In this document: positions 9,989 to 19,600 of the stretch, in pieces | Position numbering within the stretch: position 1 is the stretch's first letter | How the letters are laid out: every line of letters begins with the position of its first letter | Assembly: GCA_017648065.1 (NCBI GenBank) | Contig: JAGCJJ010000007.1 | Coordinates: 4,167-68,166, forward strand | Direction of reading: 5' to 3' | Source: Kiritimatiellia bacterium | GTDB taxonomy: Bacteria > Verrucomicrobiota > Kiritimatiellia > RFP12 > UBA3636 | Length of the DNA: 64,000 nucleotides | Position numbers and translations under genes: made by a program | Notes under the pieces: model-generated | Database searches by the model: none | Told to the model about the DNA's origin: nothing | The model's input: only the letters and a program-made list of their open reading frames with translations

Positions 9989-10137
9989 ACTTCTTTTTAT
10001 ATGATTTTTTGTGAATTTTTCTTCAAATTTTATTAAATGTACATGTACATCAATATTATTGTGTTACTTATAACTTTTCAATGCTAGAAATGTGTATAAA
10101 AACCTATTTTTCCTAAGCCATCTACTATAAACTTCGC

Positions 10138-10166
10138 TTGTCAAAATTAAATATTTTTTGTATAAT
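10138..10166 (+). promoter_or_regulatory. putative sigma70-type promoter (TTGTCA-17-TATAAT) of the pseudopilin operon
   Basis: Near-consensus hexamers with a 17-nt spacer, ~70 nt upstream of the gspF-like ATG. Confidence 0.45.
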
Positions 10167-10238
10167 CTTAACAAAAACCAATGGGTGTACCATATCTAGT
10201 TTTTTATAAATTTTCATCAAATCTTGGAGAATTTGTAT

Positions 10239-11477
10239 ATGCCAACATTTAATTTTAAAGCAATGGATCAAAGTGGAAAAGAGGTTTCAGGAAACCTTAC
10301 TGCTCAAAATCAGGCTGCTGCTGTAGCTATGCTTCGCAAAGAAGGATATACGCCAACATCTGTAACTGCTGCAGATGGAAGCGATAAAAAGGGCGGCTTA
10401 AATATGACAATTAAGATGCCTAAGCTTATTAAACCTCGTGTGAAAGCAAAGAATCTAATGGTGCTTACTCGTCAGCTTGCAACACTTGTTGATTCAGGTC
10501 TTCCTTTGCTACGTGGTTTGCGTATTCTTGCAAAGCAAGAGAAGAATGAAACACTAAAGCGTGCTCTTATAGGTATGAGTGAATCAGTTGAAGGTGGTTC
10601 AACATTCTCCGATGCACTTGCTCTATATCCAAAAATCTTCAATAACCTTTACATAAATATGGCAAAGGCTGGCGAGGCTGGTGGTGTGCTTGAAACTGTA
10701 TTAAACCGCTTGGCAGAATTCTTGGAAAAAGCAGAAAAAATTAAGAATAAGGTTAAGGGTGCGATGACTTACCCAATCGTAGTTCTCTGTGTTGCCTTAG
10801 GTATTACAGGCTTCTTGATGGTTACAGTTATCCCACAGTTTGAAAAGGTATTTTCAGATCTTATGGATGGAAAAGCTATGCCTGCATTAACTCAAGCAGT
10901 TATCAATTTCAGCCATAATTTTGCTGATATGGCGCCGATTTGGGCAATTGGTATTATTGCAATCGTTGTATTGCTAAATCTTTGGAATAGAACAACTGCT
11001 GGTCATTATGCTTTGGATGCGTTAAAGCTAAGAATTCCTATTATGGGTCAGTTGATTCTAAAGAGCTCTATTTCTCGTACAACACGTACATTGGGTACAC
11101 TAATGAGTTCAGGCGTACCAGTGCTTCAAGCTCTGAATATCGTGCGTGATACATCTGGCAATGCGGTTCTTGCAAAAGTTTATCAAAGCATTCATGACAG
11201 TGTAAAAGAGGGTGAAAATATGACTCCAGCTATGGAGCGCTCAAAGGTTTTTCCTGCTATGGTGGTAAGTATGGTTGATGTTGGTGAGGAGACAGGTGCT
11301 CTTCCTGATATGCTTGCTCGTGTTGCTAATACTTATGATGATGAGGTTGATACAGCAGTTGAAGCTATGACATCTATTATTGAGCCAATCCTAATCGTAT
11401 TCCTTGCATTAGTTGTTGGTACAATTGTTATTGCGATGTTTCAGCCATTGGTATCTATCATTGGTGGTATGGGTTAA
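10239..11477 (+). CDS. gspF: type II secretion / type IV pilus platform protein (GspF/PilC family, two T2SSF repeats)
   Basis: FNFKAMDQSGKEVSG N-terminus, LATLVDSGLPLLRGL, AGEAGGVLETVL, LGTLMSSGVPVLQAL, VGEETGALPDML, with three TM segments. The track start is TTG 10224; ATG 10239 is preferred. Confidence 0.9.
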   Translation: MPTFNFKAMDQSGKEVSGNLTAQNQAAAVAMLRKEGYTPTSVTAADGSDKKGGLNMTIKMPKLIKPRVKAKNLMVLTRQLATLVDSGLPLLRGLRILAKQEKNETLKRALIGMSESVEGGSTFSDALALYPKIFNNLYINMAKAGEAGGVLETVLNRLAEFLEKAEKIKNKVKGAMTYPIVVLCVALGITGFLMVTVIPQFEKVFSDLMDGKAMPALTQAVINFSHNFADMAPIWAIGIIAIVVLLNLWNRTTAGHYALDALKLRIPIMGQLILKSSISRTTRTLGTLMSSGVPVLQALNIVRDTSGNAVLAKVYQSIHDSVKEGENMTPAMERSKVFPAMVVSMVDVGEETGALPDMLARVANTYDDEVDTAVEAMTSIIEPILIVFLALVVGTIVIAMFQPLVSIIGGMG

Positions 11478-11490
11478 TAACAAATTAGAT

Positions 11491-11529
11491 GCTTTGCGTC
11501 GCAATAATAGAATATTGTGACGCAAAAGC
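11491..11529 (+). other. long intercistronic RNA hairpin between gspF and the first pseudopilin gene
   Basis: GCTTTGCGTCGCAATA-ATAGA-TATTGTGACGCAAAAGC gives a ~16-bp stem with one bulge and one G-U pair. No U-tract follows. Confidence 0.4.
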
Positions 11530-11578
11530 ATAAAGCAAGTTATTTAGATATTTGAATATTGTTACAGTTGGAGTTTTT

Positions 11579-12529
11579 ATGAATAAAGCACGAAATGGAT
11601 TTACAATTATTGAGATGATGATTGTTCTTATAATCATCGCAATTTTGGCTGGCTTTGTTTTTCGTATGATGACATTAGCAGGTCAAAAGAATGATATAGC
11701 TGCAACAAAGGCAAAGTTAGAAAAGATTTCAAATGCCTTGGAAGCATATCGTGCAGAATATGGAAGTTATCCGCCTGTTGCTATATATAGAGGCAAGCAA
11801 CCTACATTTTATGAGATCCCAGTTGGAGGAGAAAATTCTGACATGGGGTATATAACACCAGAGATGGCTGCCCGAATGCAAAATATTTCTATGCGTGATG
11901 GAAATAAGTGGAATGAGTTTCCTCTATTTACTTTTGGTTTAGCTTCATATTTTTACCCACGTTATTGGGGTATTGCTGAAAATAGAGTTCCAAAAGAGTT
12001 TTTTGGTGATTTAGATGCCGAGGACATTATAAAAAATAAAGATAACGGAGCAGATGCGGAGCGTGTAATTAATCAATGGAAAGATCATAATAACCGCAAA
12101 ACTGGTAAAGATGGTAAAAAAATTCAAATTACTGACATCAATAAAGACATGAATGTAGTTAAAAAGATTTTGCCGATGCTTGATACTGGTATTAGTTTTA
12201 AAATGGAAAATGGGAAGAAGAAGTGGGTTATGCATAAGCATGATGATGGTAACCCTAATTATGGAGTTGGTAATTGGGAATGGAATGGATCTGCAGAGTT
12301 TCAAAAAGTAGATGCCCTAGAACGTGAGTTTGAATCGTTTGAATATTTAACTCAGGGCGTTTCTTTAAAAGATGCTTGGGGAAATCATTTGCATTATCAA
12401 AGTAATCCTCCCTATGATAGTTATAGAATTTGGTCTGTAGGTGTTAATGGTAATACATGTGATCCAACTTGTGAAAATCCATCAACTTGTAGAAATTGTT
12501 CTGATGACCTTGTTGCAGGGCAACAATAA
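11579..12529 (+). CDS. GspG-like pseudopilin with a large internal insertion and Cys-rich C-terminus (316 aa)
   Basis: Class III signal MNKARNG|FTIIEMMIVLIIIAILAG, a GspG-like helix (AATKAKLEKISNALEAYRAEYGSYPP), and a GspG C-terminal motif DAWGNHLHY...YRIWSVGVNG. It ends CDPTCENPSTCRNC. An SD GGAG precedes ATG 11579. Confidence 0.75.
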   Translation: MNKARNGFTIIEMMIVLIIIAILAGFVFRMMTLAGQKNDIAATKAKLEKISNALEAYRAEYGSYPPVAIYRGKQPTFYEIPVGGENSDMGYITPEMAARMQNISMRDGNKWNEFPLFTFGLASYFYPRYWGIAENRVPKEFFGDLDAEDIIKNKDNGADAERVINQWKDHNNRKTGKDGKKIQITDINKDMNVVKKILPMLDTGISFKMENGKKKWVMHKHDDGNPNYGVGNWEWNGSAEFQKVDALEREFESFEYLTQGVSLKDAWGNHLHYQSNPPYDSYRIWSVGVNGNTCDPTCENPSTCRNCSDDLVAGQQ

Positions 12530-12541
12530 TTTATAGGAGAG

Positions 12542-13228
12542 ATGATGAGAAAAAAAGAATTCCGTTCGGGCTTCTCTTTGATGGAGCTTCTTGTAGTAAT
12601 TTCAATAATAGGTATTTTAGCCGGACTATTAATCCCTGCTGTTCAGCGTGCTAAACGCCGTGCAAAAGAGGGTGAAATACAACAAATGTGTGTGCAAATG
12701 GTAGATGCATGGAAATCTGTTCAGCTCGAAAATTTGCGTTTCCCATACAAAGATTTGATTAGTGCTTATACATCAAATCTTATTGATATTGATGGGGATT
12801 TGTGTTTCCCTATGACACCAAAGGCGGGTTCATTGTTGAATTGGTGGAAGCCACAAAATCCTTTGCCAAAGTACGATAAAATGAATTTTGATAAATATAC
12901 TAAAGGAATTAATTGGGACGACCCAACTACATGGCCGAATGATTTTGTGTATGAACGTTCTGGTATACAGAAGCAGTTTGGTGTGGTGGCTCCATGGTTG
13001 GAGATAAAATTAAATGATTCTAAGGCTGATGTAGGAACAACGGTTGATGAGTCTCAGTTGATGTGGGTCTTGATTGATTCAAATGCTGATGGCGTTTTGT
13101 CTGTCCCAACAAATATGGGAATCCCTTCAGAAAAAACAACAGATACAGATGGAAATCCTATAAAATTAGCAGCATCAGCTGCTGCATGGCTTGCTGCTGA
13201 GGATGGTACAATCATTACATCTTGGTAG
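12542..13228 (+). CDS. prepilin-type N-terminal cleavage/methylation domain protein (pseudopilin, class unclear)
   Basis: Signal ...RSG|FSLMELLVVISIIGILAGLLIPAVQRAKRRAKE. The C-terminal ...LIDSNADGVLS is reminiscent of the GspG S-x-G-x-DG ending. Confidence 0.75.
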   Translation: MMRKKEFRSGFSLMELLVVISIIGILAGLLIPAVQRAKRRAKEGEIQQMCVQMVDAWKSVQLENLRFPYKDLISAYTSNLIDIDGDLCFPMTPKAGSLLNWWKPQNPLPKYDKMNFDKYTKGINWDDPTTWPNDFVYERSGIQKQFGVVAPWLEIKLNDSKADVGTTVDESQLMWVLIDSNADGVLSVPTNMGIPSEKTTDTDGNPIKLAASAAAWLAAEDGTIITSW

Positions 13229-13255
13229 TTTTCTAGAATATTTTGAGGCATAAAA

Positions 13256-13948
13256 ATGAAAAAGAATAACGGTTTTACATTAGTAGAATTACTCATTGTA
13301 GTTGGCATCATTGGTGTGTTAATGGGTTTGTTGTCTCCAGCGATTTTGAAGGCTTCGAAAGGTGCTGTAAATAAATCACGCAAAGTAGAGATGACGGTAC
13401 TTGAAACAGCATTAACAGAGTATCATCATGATAATAAAGGATGGCCAATCCCTGCAAAACCAAAACAGGAAGGTGCTGTCTATGGAAAAAATTCAGCAGG
13501 TGTTGTTGATCCGGCAATTATAGAGTATTCTGGTGACAAAACAAAAGTTGTTTGGAATCGTCTTCTAAAGAAAGGGGCAGATTCAAAATATAATTCCCGT
13601 AAAAAGGATTATATTGATATTTCAAGTATGACTGCTATTAAGACTTACCATAAAGATAACCCTAGAAAAAATGTTGAGGGGGATAATGTTGGACGTGTTA
13701 GAGATTTGTGGGGAGATGATGCAGAGATAAAAGGCCCGTTAGTGTATTGGTGTGATTTTATTGAATGCCCTAGATGTCATGAATGGTCTACTAACCTTGA
13801 ATATTGTACAAATTTACAATGTCCAGGTCGAAATGGCGGTAAAGCTTTTCATTTTAAGAGAGCTGATAAGAGAATTAGACATCGTGGTGTAATGCCATAC
13901 AAAATTGTATTTGATTTAACATCAAATGTTGTTTATGTAAAAGAATAA
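13256..13948 (+). CDS. pseudopilin with C-terminal five-cysteine cluster (CX4CX2CX9CX4C)
   Basis: Signal MKKNNG|FTLVELLIVVGIIGVLMGLL and a GspG-like helix (VEMTVLETALTEYHHDNKGWPIP). The Cys cluster CDFIECPRCHEWSTNLEYCTNLQC lies at 13751-13822. Confidence 0.75.
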   Translation: MKKNNGFTLVELLIVVGIIGVLMGLLSPAILKASKGAVNKSRKVEMTVLETALTEYHHDNKGWPIPAKPKQEGAVYGKNSAGVVDPAIIEYSGDKTKVVWNRLLKKGADSKYNSRKKDYIDISSMTAIKTYHKDNPRKNVEGDNVGRVRDLWGDDAEIKGPLVYWCDFIECPRCHEWSTNLEYCTNLQCPGRNGGKAFHFKRADKRIRHRGVMPYKIVFDLTSNVVYVKE

Positions 13949-13974
13949 CCCAATCAATTAGAAAAATATTGATT

Positions 13975-14817
13975 ATGGTGGAGAAATCAAAAATGGGAAA
14001 AAGATTTGATAATTCTGGATTTACTTTGCTTGAGCTATTAGGCGTAATGGGCGTAATAGTGGTTATGTCTTTTTTTGTAGTAAGTGGCTATAAGAGTATT
14101 ATGCAGGGTGTAAATGATAATACTGGTGTGAAGGGCATGCGTGATGCTGTGCAACTTGCTCGTCAGCATGCAATGCTTGACAATTCACGAACATTTTTTG
14201 TCGTTACAAGTATTAACTCTTTTGTGTTGTGTAGAGATGGTGGTGTAATAACAAGTTTTGAACAAGCACAAAAAAATGTACCTTATTTAGACAATAGATC
14301 TGTGGAAGCTTTTTGGGCCTCAGATGAATGGGCAGATTGGGAAGCCTTAAGTGATGGATTCTCTTCTATATACAAAAGAGATGTGATTGAGGAGATGATT
14401 AGTAATTCATCTTCTTCGAAGTACAAGGGAATAATTATGTACGATCTCGATGAAGGTAAATTTGCTCGAGTGGCTATTCCTCCTTTTAAACAGGATAGTA
14501 CTTGGTATATCGGTTTTAATAAATCAGATATCAAAGGAGATATGTTTAAAGAAGGTAATTCTTATGGATGGATGCTTTATGAGGAGCGTTATTTACCTAA
14601 AGGTTATATTTTTGATTCAAAGCATTACAAATTAGATTCTGATGGATTGTTTGAAGTTGGTTCAGGTTCCGTTGTTTGTTTTAATCCCGATGGTTCGTTA
14701 GATTCCAGTTATGATGATGAGTTGACAATTGGTGAAGTTGATCCGACAAAACCAGATAGTATTAAAAATAAGGTTTCTGTATCTGTAGATTCAGATGGCT
14801 CTATTGAGGTCAAATAG
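13975..14817 (+). CDS. minor pseudopilin, GspH-like by position
   Basis: Signal ...DNSG|FTLLELLGVMGVIVVMSFFVV, followed by AVQLARQHAML. The start is ambiguous (TTG 13969, ATG 13975 or ATG 13993). Confidence 0.7.
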   Translation: MVEKSKMGKRFDNSGFTLLELLGVMGVIVVMSFFVVSGYKSIMQGVNDNTGVKGMRDAVQLARQHAMLDNSRTFFVVTSINSFVLCRDGGVITSFEQAQKNVPYLDNRSVEAFWASDEWADWEALSDGFSSIYKRDVIEEMISNSSSSKYKGIIMYDLDEGKFARVAIPPFKQDSTWYIGFNKSDIKGDMFKEGNSYGWMLYEERYLPKGYIFDSKHYKLDSDGLFEVGSGSVVCFNPDGSLDSSYDDELTIGEVDPTKPDSIKNKVSVSVDSDGSIEVK

Positions 14818-14848
14818 ATATTTAGGTTTTTGTGAGGAGGGAGAATTT

Positions 14849-15442
14849 ATGTCTCGAAAAGGTTTTTCATTGATTGAAGTTAATATGGCAATTTTTATAG
14901 CAGCAGCGGGCTTGTTGTCTCTTTTTACTCTTTTCCCTGCTGGTTTACGACAAAGTGAAATGTCATCAGAGGACTTATATCAGTCTACTTATGCGACATC
15001 AATATTGCAAATGATAGCAGGAAATATTGCAACAATAGATGATGTAGATGTTTGGAATGATACAGAAAAAGATTTTTGGGCAATTGCTGTAGAAGGAACG
15101 GATTTGCCAAAAAAACTTCAAAAATCAAGTCAAGCCTTGAGAACAAGTAATTTTGATAGAGAAATATTGGATCAGTATTTAGATTTTACAGAAGGTGGAG
15201 CTCGTAATGTAGAAGATAATGTTTGGTATACGGGCTCAGAATTTTCTGGTAGTACAAAATCTGATTCATTACCGGAACAATATTTAATTCGTGTCTTTAG
15301 AAAAGGCAATACTATGCCGAACGTTTATGTGGTTTCTGTTGTTTGTTCTTCTATAAAACCCCCAGCGATTTACTATCAAAATTCTGTTTATAGTATGGAG
15401 TTTGCTTTTTATGGAAAAACTTGGTCCGCTGGACCACAGTAA
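14849..15442 (+). CDS. minor pseudopilin, GspI-like by position
   Basis: Signal MSRKG|FSLIEVNMAIFIAAAGLLSLFTLF, with SD GAGGAGGGA upstream of ATG 14849. The track ORF start at 14795 overlaps the previous gene. Confidence 0.7.
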   Translation: MSRKGFSLIEVNMAIFIAAAGLLSLFTLFPAGLRQSEMSSEDLYQSTYATSILQMIAGNIATIDDVDVWNDTEKDFWAIAVEGTDLPKKLQKSSQALRTSNFDREILDQYLDFTEGGARNVEDNVWYTGSEFSGSTKSDSLPEQYLIRVFRKGNTMPNVYVVSVVCSSIKPPAIYYQNSVYSMEFAFYGKTWSAGPQ

Positions 15443-15490
15443 ACATTATGTGTAAAGCCAAATGTGTAGTAATAGAAAGTTGGAGAGAAT

Positions 15491-16138
15491 ATGAATTTAG
15501 GTGCAAATAAAGGCTTTTCTTTAATTGAAGTAATGGTTGCTACGACTATTCTGATGATTATAGTAATAATGGTTGGTAATATTTTTAGACATAGTTCAAA
15601 TGCATGGGAAACAGGCTATGCTGTAGCTGAAGGAACTAGTGGAATTCGTAGTGTATTAGGAACTATACATCGAGAGTTATCACAAGCAGTGGATGGAAGG
15701 AAATGTGGTGAAAAATGGGAATCTCCTATTCTTATTAAGGGTGATTCAATTGAATTTTATAGATATGTTGAACCAACAAAAAAAGGGTCTACAGAGCCTG
15801 AGGTTCAAAAGATTACATATACACTAGGTAAAACGGTTAAACGAAAAGTAAAAACAGGCAAAGAAGACGAAGGATCAGAAACGATTCTATATTCAAAGAG
15901 AACTGCTGTTGGAGGCAATTCTGATGCAGATGTTATCTTTGAAGTAGTCCCTCCATCTGACTTAAATATGAATAATATGAATCTAAATGAAGGGGTAAGT
16001 GAAGACGATTTTTGGACTGTTCCATTTGTTGTCGTTAAAGCAAAAATTTCTAGAAAAAGTACATTTGCAGGTATGGAAGCACGTTCGTATGGCCCAGATG
16101 GTAAAAGAGGCACAGAGGACGATATTATTGCTCGTTAA
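15491..16138 (+). CDS. minor pseudopilin, GspJ-like by position
   Basis: Signal MNLGANKG|FSLIEVMVATTILMIIVIMVGNIF, followed by ...NAWETG. Confidence 0.7.
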   Translation: MNLGANKGFSLIEVMVATTILMIIVIMVGNIFRHSSNAWETGYAVAEGTSGIRSVLGTIHRELSQAVDGRKCGEKWESPILIKGDSIEFYRYVEPTKKGSTEPEVQKITYTLGKTVKRKVKTGKEDEGSETILYSKRTAVGGNSDADVIFEVVPPSDLNMNNMNLNEGVSEDDFWTVPFVVVKAKISRKSTFAGMEARSYGPDGKRGTEDDIIAR

Positions 16139-16163
16139 ACCTTGATGCAGATTGGATTTATTT

Positions 16164-16640
16164 ATGAAAAAGAATAATGGTTTTACAGTTATAGAGTTGC
16201 TAGTTGTTACTGGCATTATTGCAATTCTTATGGGTATGATAGGCACTTCTGCATTTATTGCACGTAGTCAGGCATATAAGGCACAGGCAAGAGCAGAGAC
16301 TCAGCAGTTGATAACTGCCGTAAAAGCAATTTGGATTGCCCGTGAGGATAATAAAGTCCCTATAAACACAGGAACTGTAAAAATGACTGCTGATAATGTA
16401 AAGAAATTTACTGTTGAAAATGATACAGGTGTCAGAAGTTATTTAGAAATCCCAACTTCACGATTAAATGAGGGTGGTTACCTTGACCCCTGGGGTAACG
16501 AGTATGAGTACACCATTTCAGATATAAAAGAAGAGGAACTGCCAGACGAAGTTTTTCAAATTTCAGTTTCTTTCCTAAATGCAGATAGATTTCATTACAA
16601 GAAAGATATTGCTATAGATATTATAGAAGACGAAAATTAA
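16164..16640 (+). CDS. gspG: GspG-like major pseudopilin of near-canonical size (158 aa)
   Basis: Signal MKKNNG|FTVIELLVVTGIIAILMGMI, then QAYKAQARAETQQLITAVKAI, then DPWGNEYEY (16485-16511), the GspG signature. The track start is 16152. Confidence 0.8.
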   Translation: MKKNNGFTVIELLVVTGIIAILMGMIGTSAFIARSQAYKAQARAETQQLITAVKAIWIAREDNKVPINTGTVKMTADNVKKFTVENDTGVRSYLEIPTSRLNEGGYLDPWGNEYEYTISDIKEEELPDEVFQISVSFLNADRFHYKKDIAIDIIEDEN

Positions 16641-16698
16641 TCTTTTGTCATGTTTGAATATTGTGTTTGAATATTGTTAGTAATTAAGGAGATTTTTA

Positions 16699-19600
16699 AT
16701 GAAAATAAATCGAGAAGATAATGGCTCCGCATTGGTTATTGTATTAGGTATGCTTGCGGTGTTAATGCTTATGGCTGTGGCTTTCTCCATCATTATGCGA
16801 ACAGAGCGTGCCGGAACAACAAACCTTCGTCATAGCCTAACTGCGCAGAATGGCATTAATTCCGCAATTGCACTTGCTATCCACGATATTGAAGAAGATG
16901 TAGGTGATGAGATTATTCCGGATTGGGAAAATTATGTTTTTTCTTCGTTTGGCTTAGGAACAACGAAAGATTTAAATAATGCAAAGCTTTCTATTCTTAA
17001 TGAGCGAGCACAACGCCATTTAAATCCTACAACTCGCGCATTGGTAAAAAATGCAACAGTAGATTGGCGTTTATTATATTCTGGTATCCCATTGAGTAAT
17101 TACTCCGCAAATAGTGATGATTATCTTGATGATGATACTATTGTTGGTCGTGTTGCGTATGTTGCTGTAAATACTACTGGATATATTGACCCTAATAAGG
17201 TTACATATTTAAAAGATTATGACAGTAAGGAACTGACAAAAGAACCTATAATTGCCGTTCCTGAAGATTCTCCACAATTTAACGATACATCGTTTGCTAA
17301 AAATGGCGGGAAAAATGTATTATTCAGTAAGTCTGACTTTGTGACGAAAAGACAGGAAAAAAATCGTGAAGGATTTACTTCTTTTGCTGATTTATATACA
17401 TTGAATGAAAGTGAGATGTATGACTCAAGTGGTAAACTTAAAAAGAGCCCACAGATGTTTATAAATCTTTTTTCACCAAAAGAACCAAATAAATTGTTTC
17501 TTCCAGATATTTTTGGATCTTCAGCATCATTTGGAATGAGTCCATATCCTCCACAGGTAGAAAGGGATGTAAATGAACCTTATGCAGATCCAAATTCGGA
17601 TGACTATGTTGTTCTTAGGGAGCCTGTAAAAATAGAAAGCGAACCTAGAAACGTTACGCTTACAGAAGATGTAATGCGAAATATATATGTAGCTTTTTGT
17701 AATATATTTGCGCGTAAGAATTGGATTGAAGAATCTTCTTATGGTGAAGGTGAAATTCAATATGAGAATAATAATGAGATTTCAATCGGGAATGTAGAGT
17801 GGCCGTTCAGGCATATGGGTGTGATGAAGAATAGTGTACTTACTCGTGCTGATTTGGCTTTATTATCATTTGCTGAATTTTATACTTATAAGAGGGGAAA
17901 TGATAGCGATTTTAACAGTAATAAGTATATAGAGATGGCAATTGATGTAATAAATGATGGTGGTGGCCGTCCGAAAATTAGTGATGTTCTTGATGCTCCA
18001 TGCTTTAAACATGTTCCAATGGTTTCATCAATTATTGGATATACAGATAACCCAGAAGTTCCAGATGATAATGATATTAAAATTTACTATCATAATGGTA
18101 ATGGAAAATTTTCTCCTGTAAAAGATGATGATGTTATTCCTCCAAAAAAAACAACAGCAAAATATTATGCGAAATACGAACTTCCTATAAATTTTGTTGT
18201 CTCAGCAACAAGTCCATATCTTTATAAAGGCGGAGGATCTCCAACTGCTGCAAAAATGAATGTGAAGATTATGTTTGGCCCTAATGCTAATGGTCAAAAT
18301 ATCTTTGCAGATATCCAAAAAAATATTAATGGAGATCCAAAAATAGTTATTGATCCACAATCAAATTTTGCTAAGAAAGTAAAGGGTGGGCATGATTTTT
18401 CCGAATCTGAAAAATATAACAAATCACTTGTAACAAGAAGTATTAAAGCAGAAGATGATTCATTAACAGAAAAAATAGAGATTTATATTCAGTGTAAAGA
18501 CCCTTCTAGAATATCAACGGAAGAAGCTCCAATCGCAATTAAAGATATTAAAAACTTATTTAGATGGGAAGATGCACAATTTGATAAAAGTTCATTGGAT
18601 AAGTATTCCATTGATATATTTGCGCAAATAGATATAAAAGTCGGCAGTAAAGATGTTCAACTTGTCCCAGGTAAAAAGATTCGTAGTAAGAGCGGACCTG
18701 AAGGATATATTCATTTTAAGCTTCCATTATTTTTTGGAGAAGTTAAAGGAAATAATGGAAATAATGGGAATAAAGGAAATAAAGAAATAAATCACCATCG
18801 CTTTGGATATGCAATGGTTATTGATCCACGCTTTGCTGCAGCAACTTATTGTTTGAATGAATTCAGAGAAGAAAGTACTGTTGAGTCTTTCCCATTTTGG
18901 GTAAATAATGCAATGGCTGAAAATTTAGGAGAATTTTCTAAACTAAAGGAATTTGAAATGGATGCAAAGTCCATTGACGATTTAGTTCCAGGTGGTAGAA
19001 CTCCAGATATTGCAAATCCATATGGTAAACTTGTAATGGGTTTTAATGCTGAAGGAGATGGGGTAGAGGATCATTCTTTCTGGGAGAACATTATTAAATT
19101 AGGTGATTTTTCTAAAGAACAAGGTATTCCATGTCCAGACACTTTACATAAGATTCCTGGAGGAGTTCAGCTTGTTAATGATAGTGGTTTTGTTGGAAAG
19201 GACTTAGAAATTGATTTTGGTATCTATGGCTCAGATATATCTAGCTTGGGTGAACTTGGTTCATTATGTATTGGACCATGGGAAACAATTTCTCTTTATA
19301 GAACACAAACACTTAATAAACGTAATAATAGTAGTCAGTATGATTTTCATACAGTTTTTGATTTCTTTACATTAGATATTCCTTCTAAATTGTCTGATAA
19401 TAAGGTGAATTTAAATACTCCGCCATTAGTTAAAATAAATGGGAAGAAAAATGTTCAAATTGTTAAAGAAGGAGATACGGAATTTGGTGGCCAAAAATTA
19501 AGATTGAGTAGACAAAACGAAATTAGAGCAGAAAAATATGTTTCTTTGGCAAGAGGAATGAATTTAGAACCTTTGACTGCAGTTATTTGTAGTTTAGATA

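Noticed and set aside
18144-18151. A8 homopolymer tracts in the GspK-like gene (also 20057-20064) as slipped-strand phase-variation switches
   Set aside because: Runs of 8 A are expected frequently in an AT-rich, Lys-rich coding sequence. There is no evidence of frameshifted alternative ORFs downstream.
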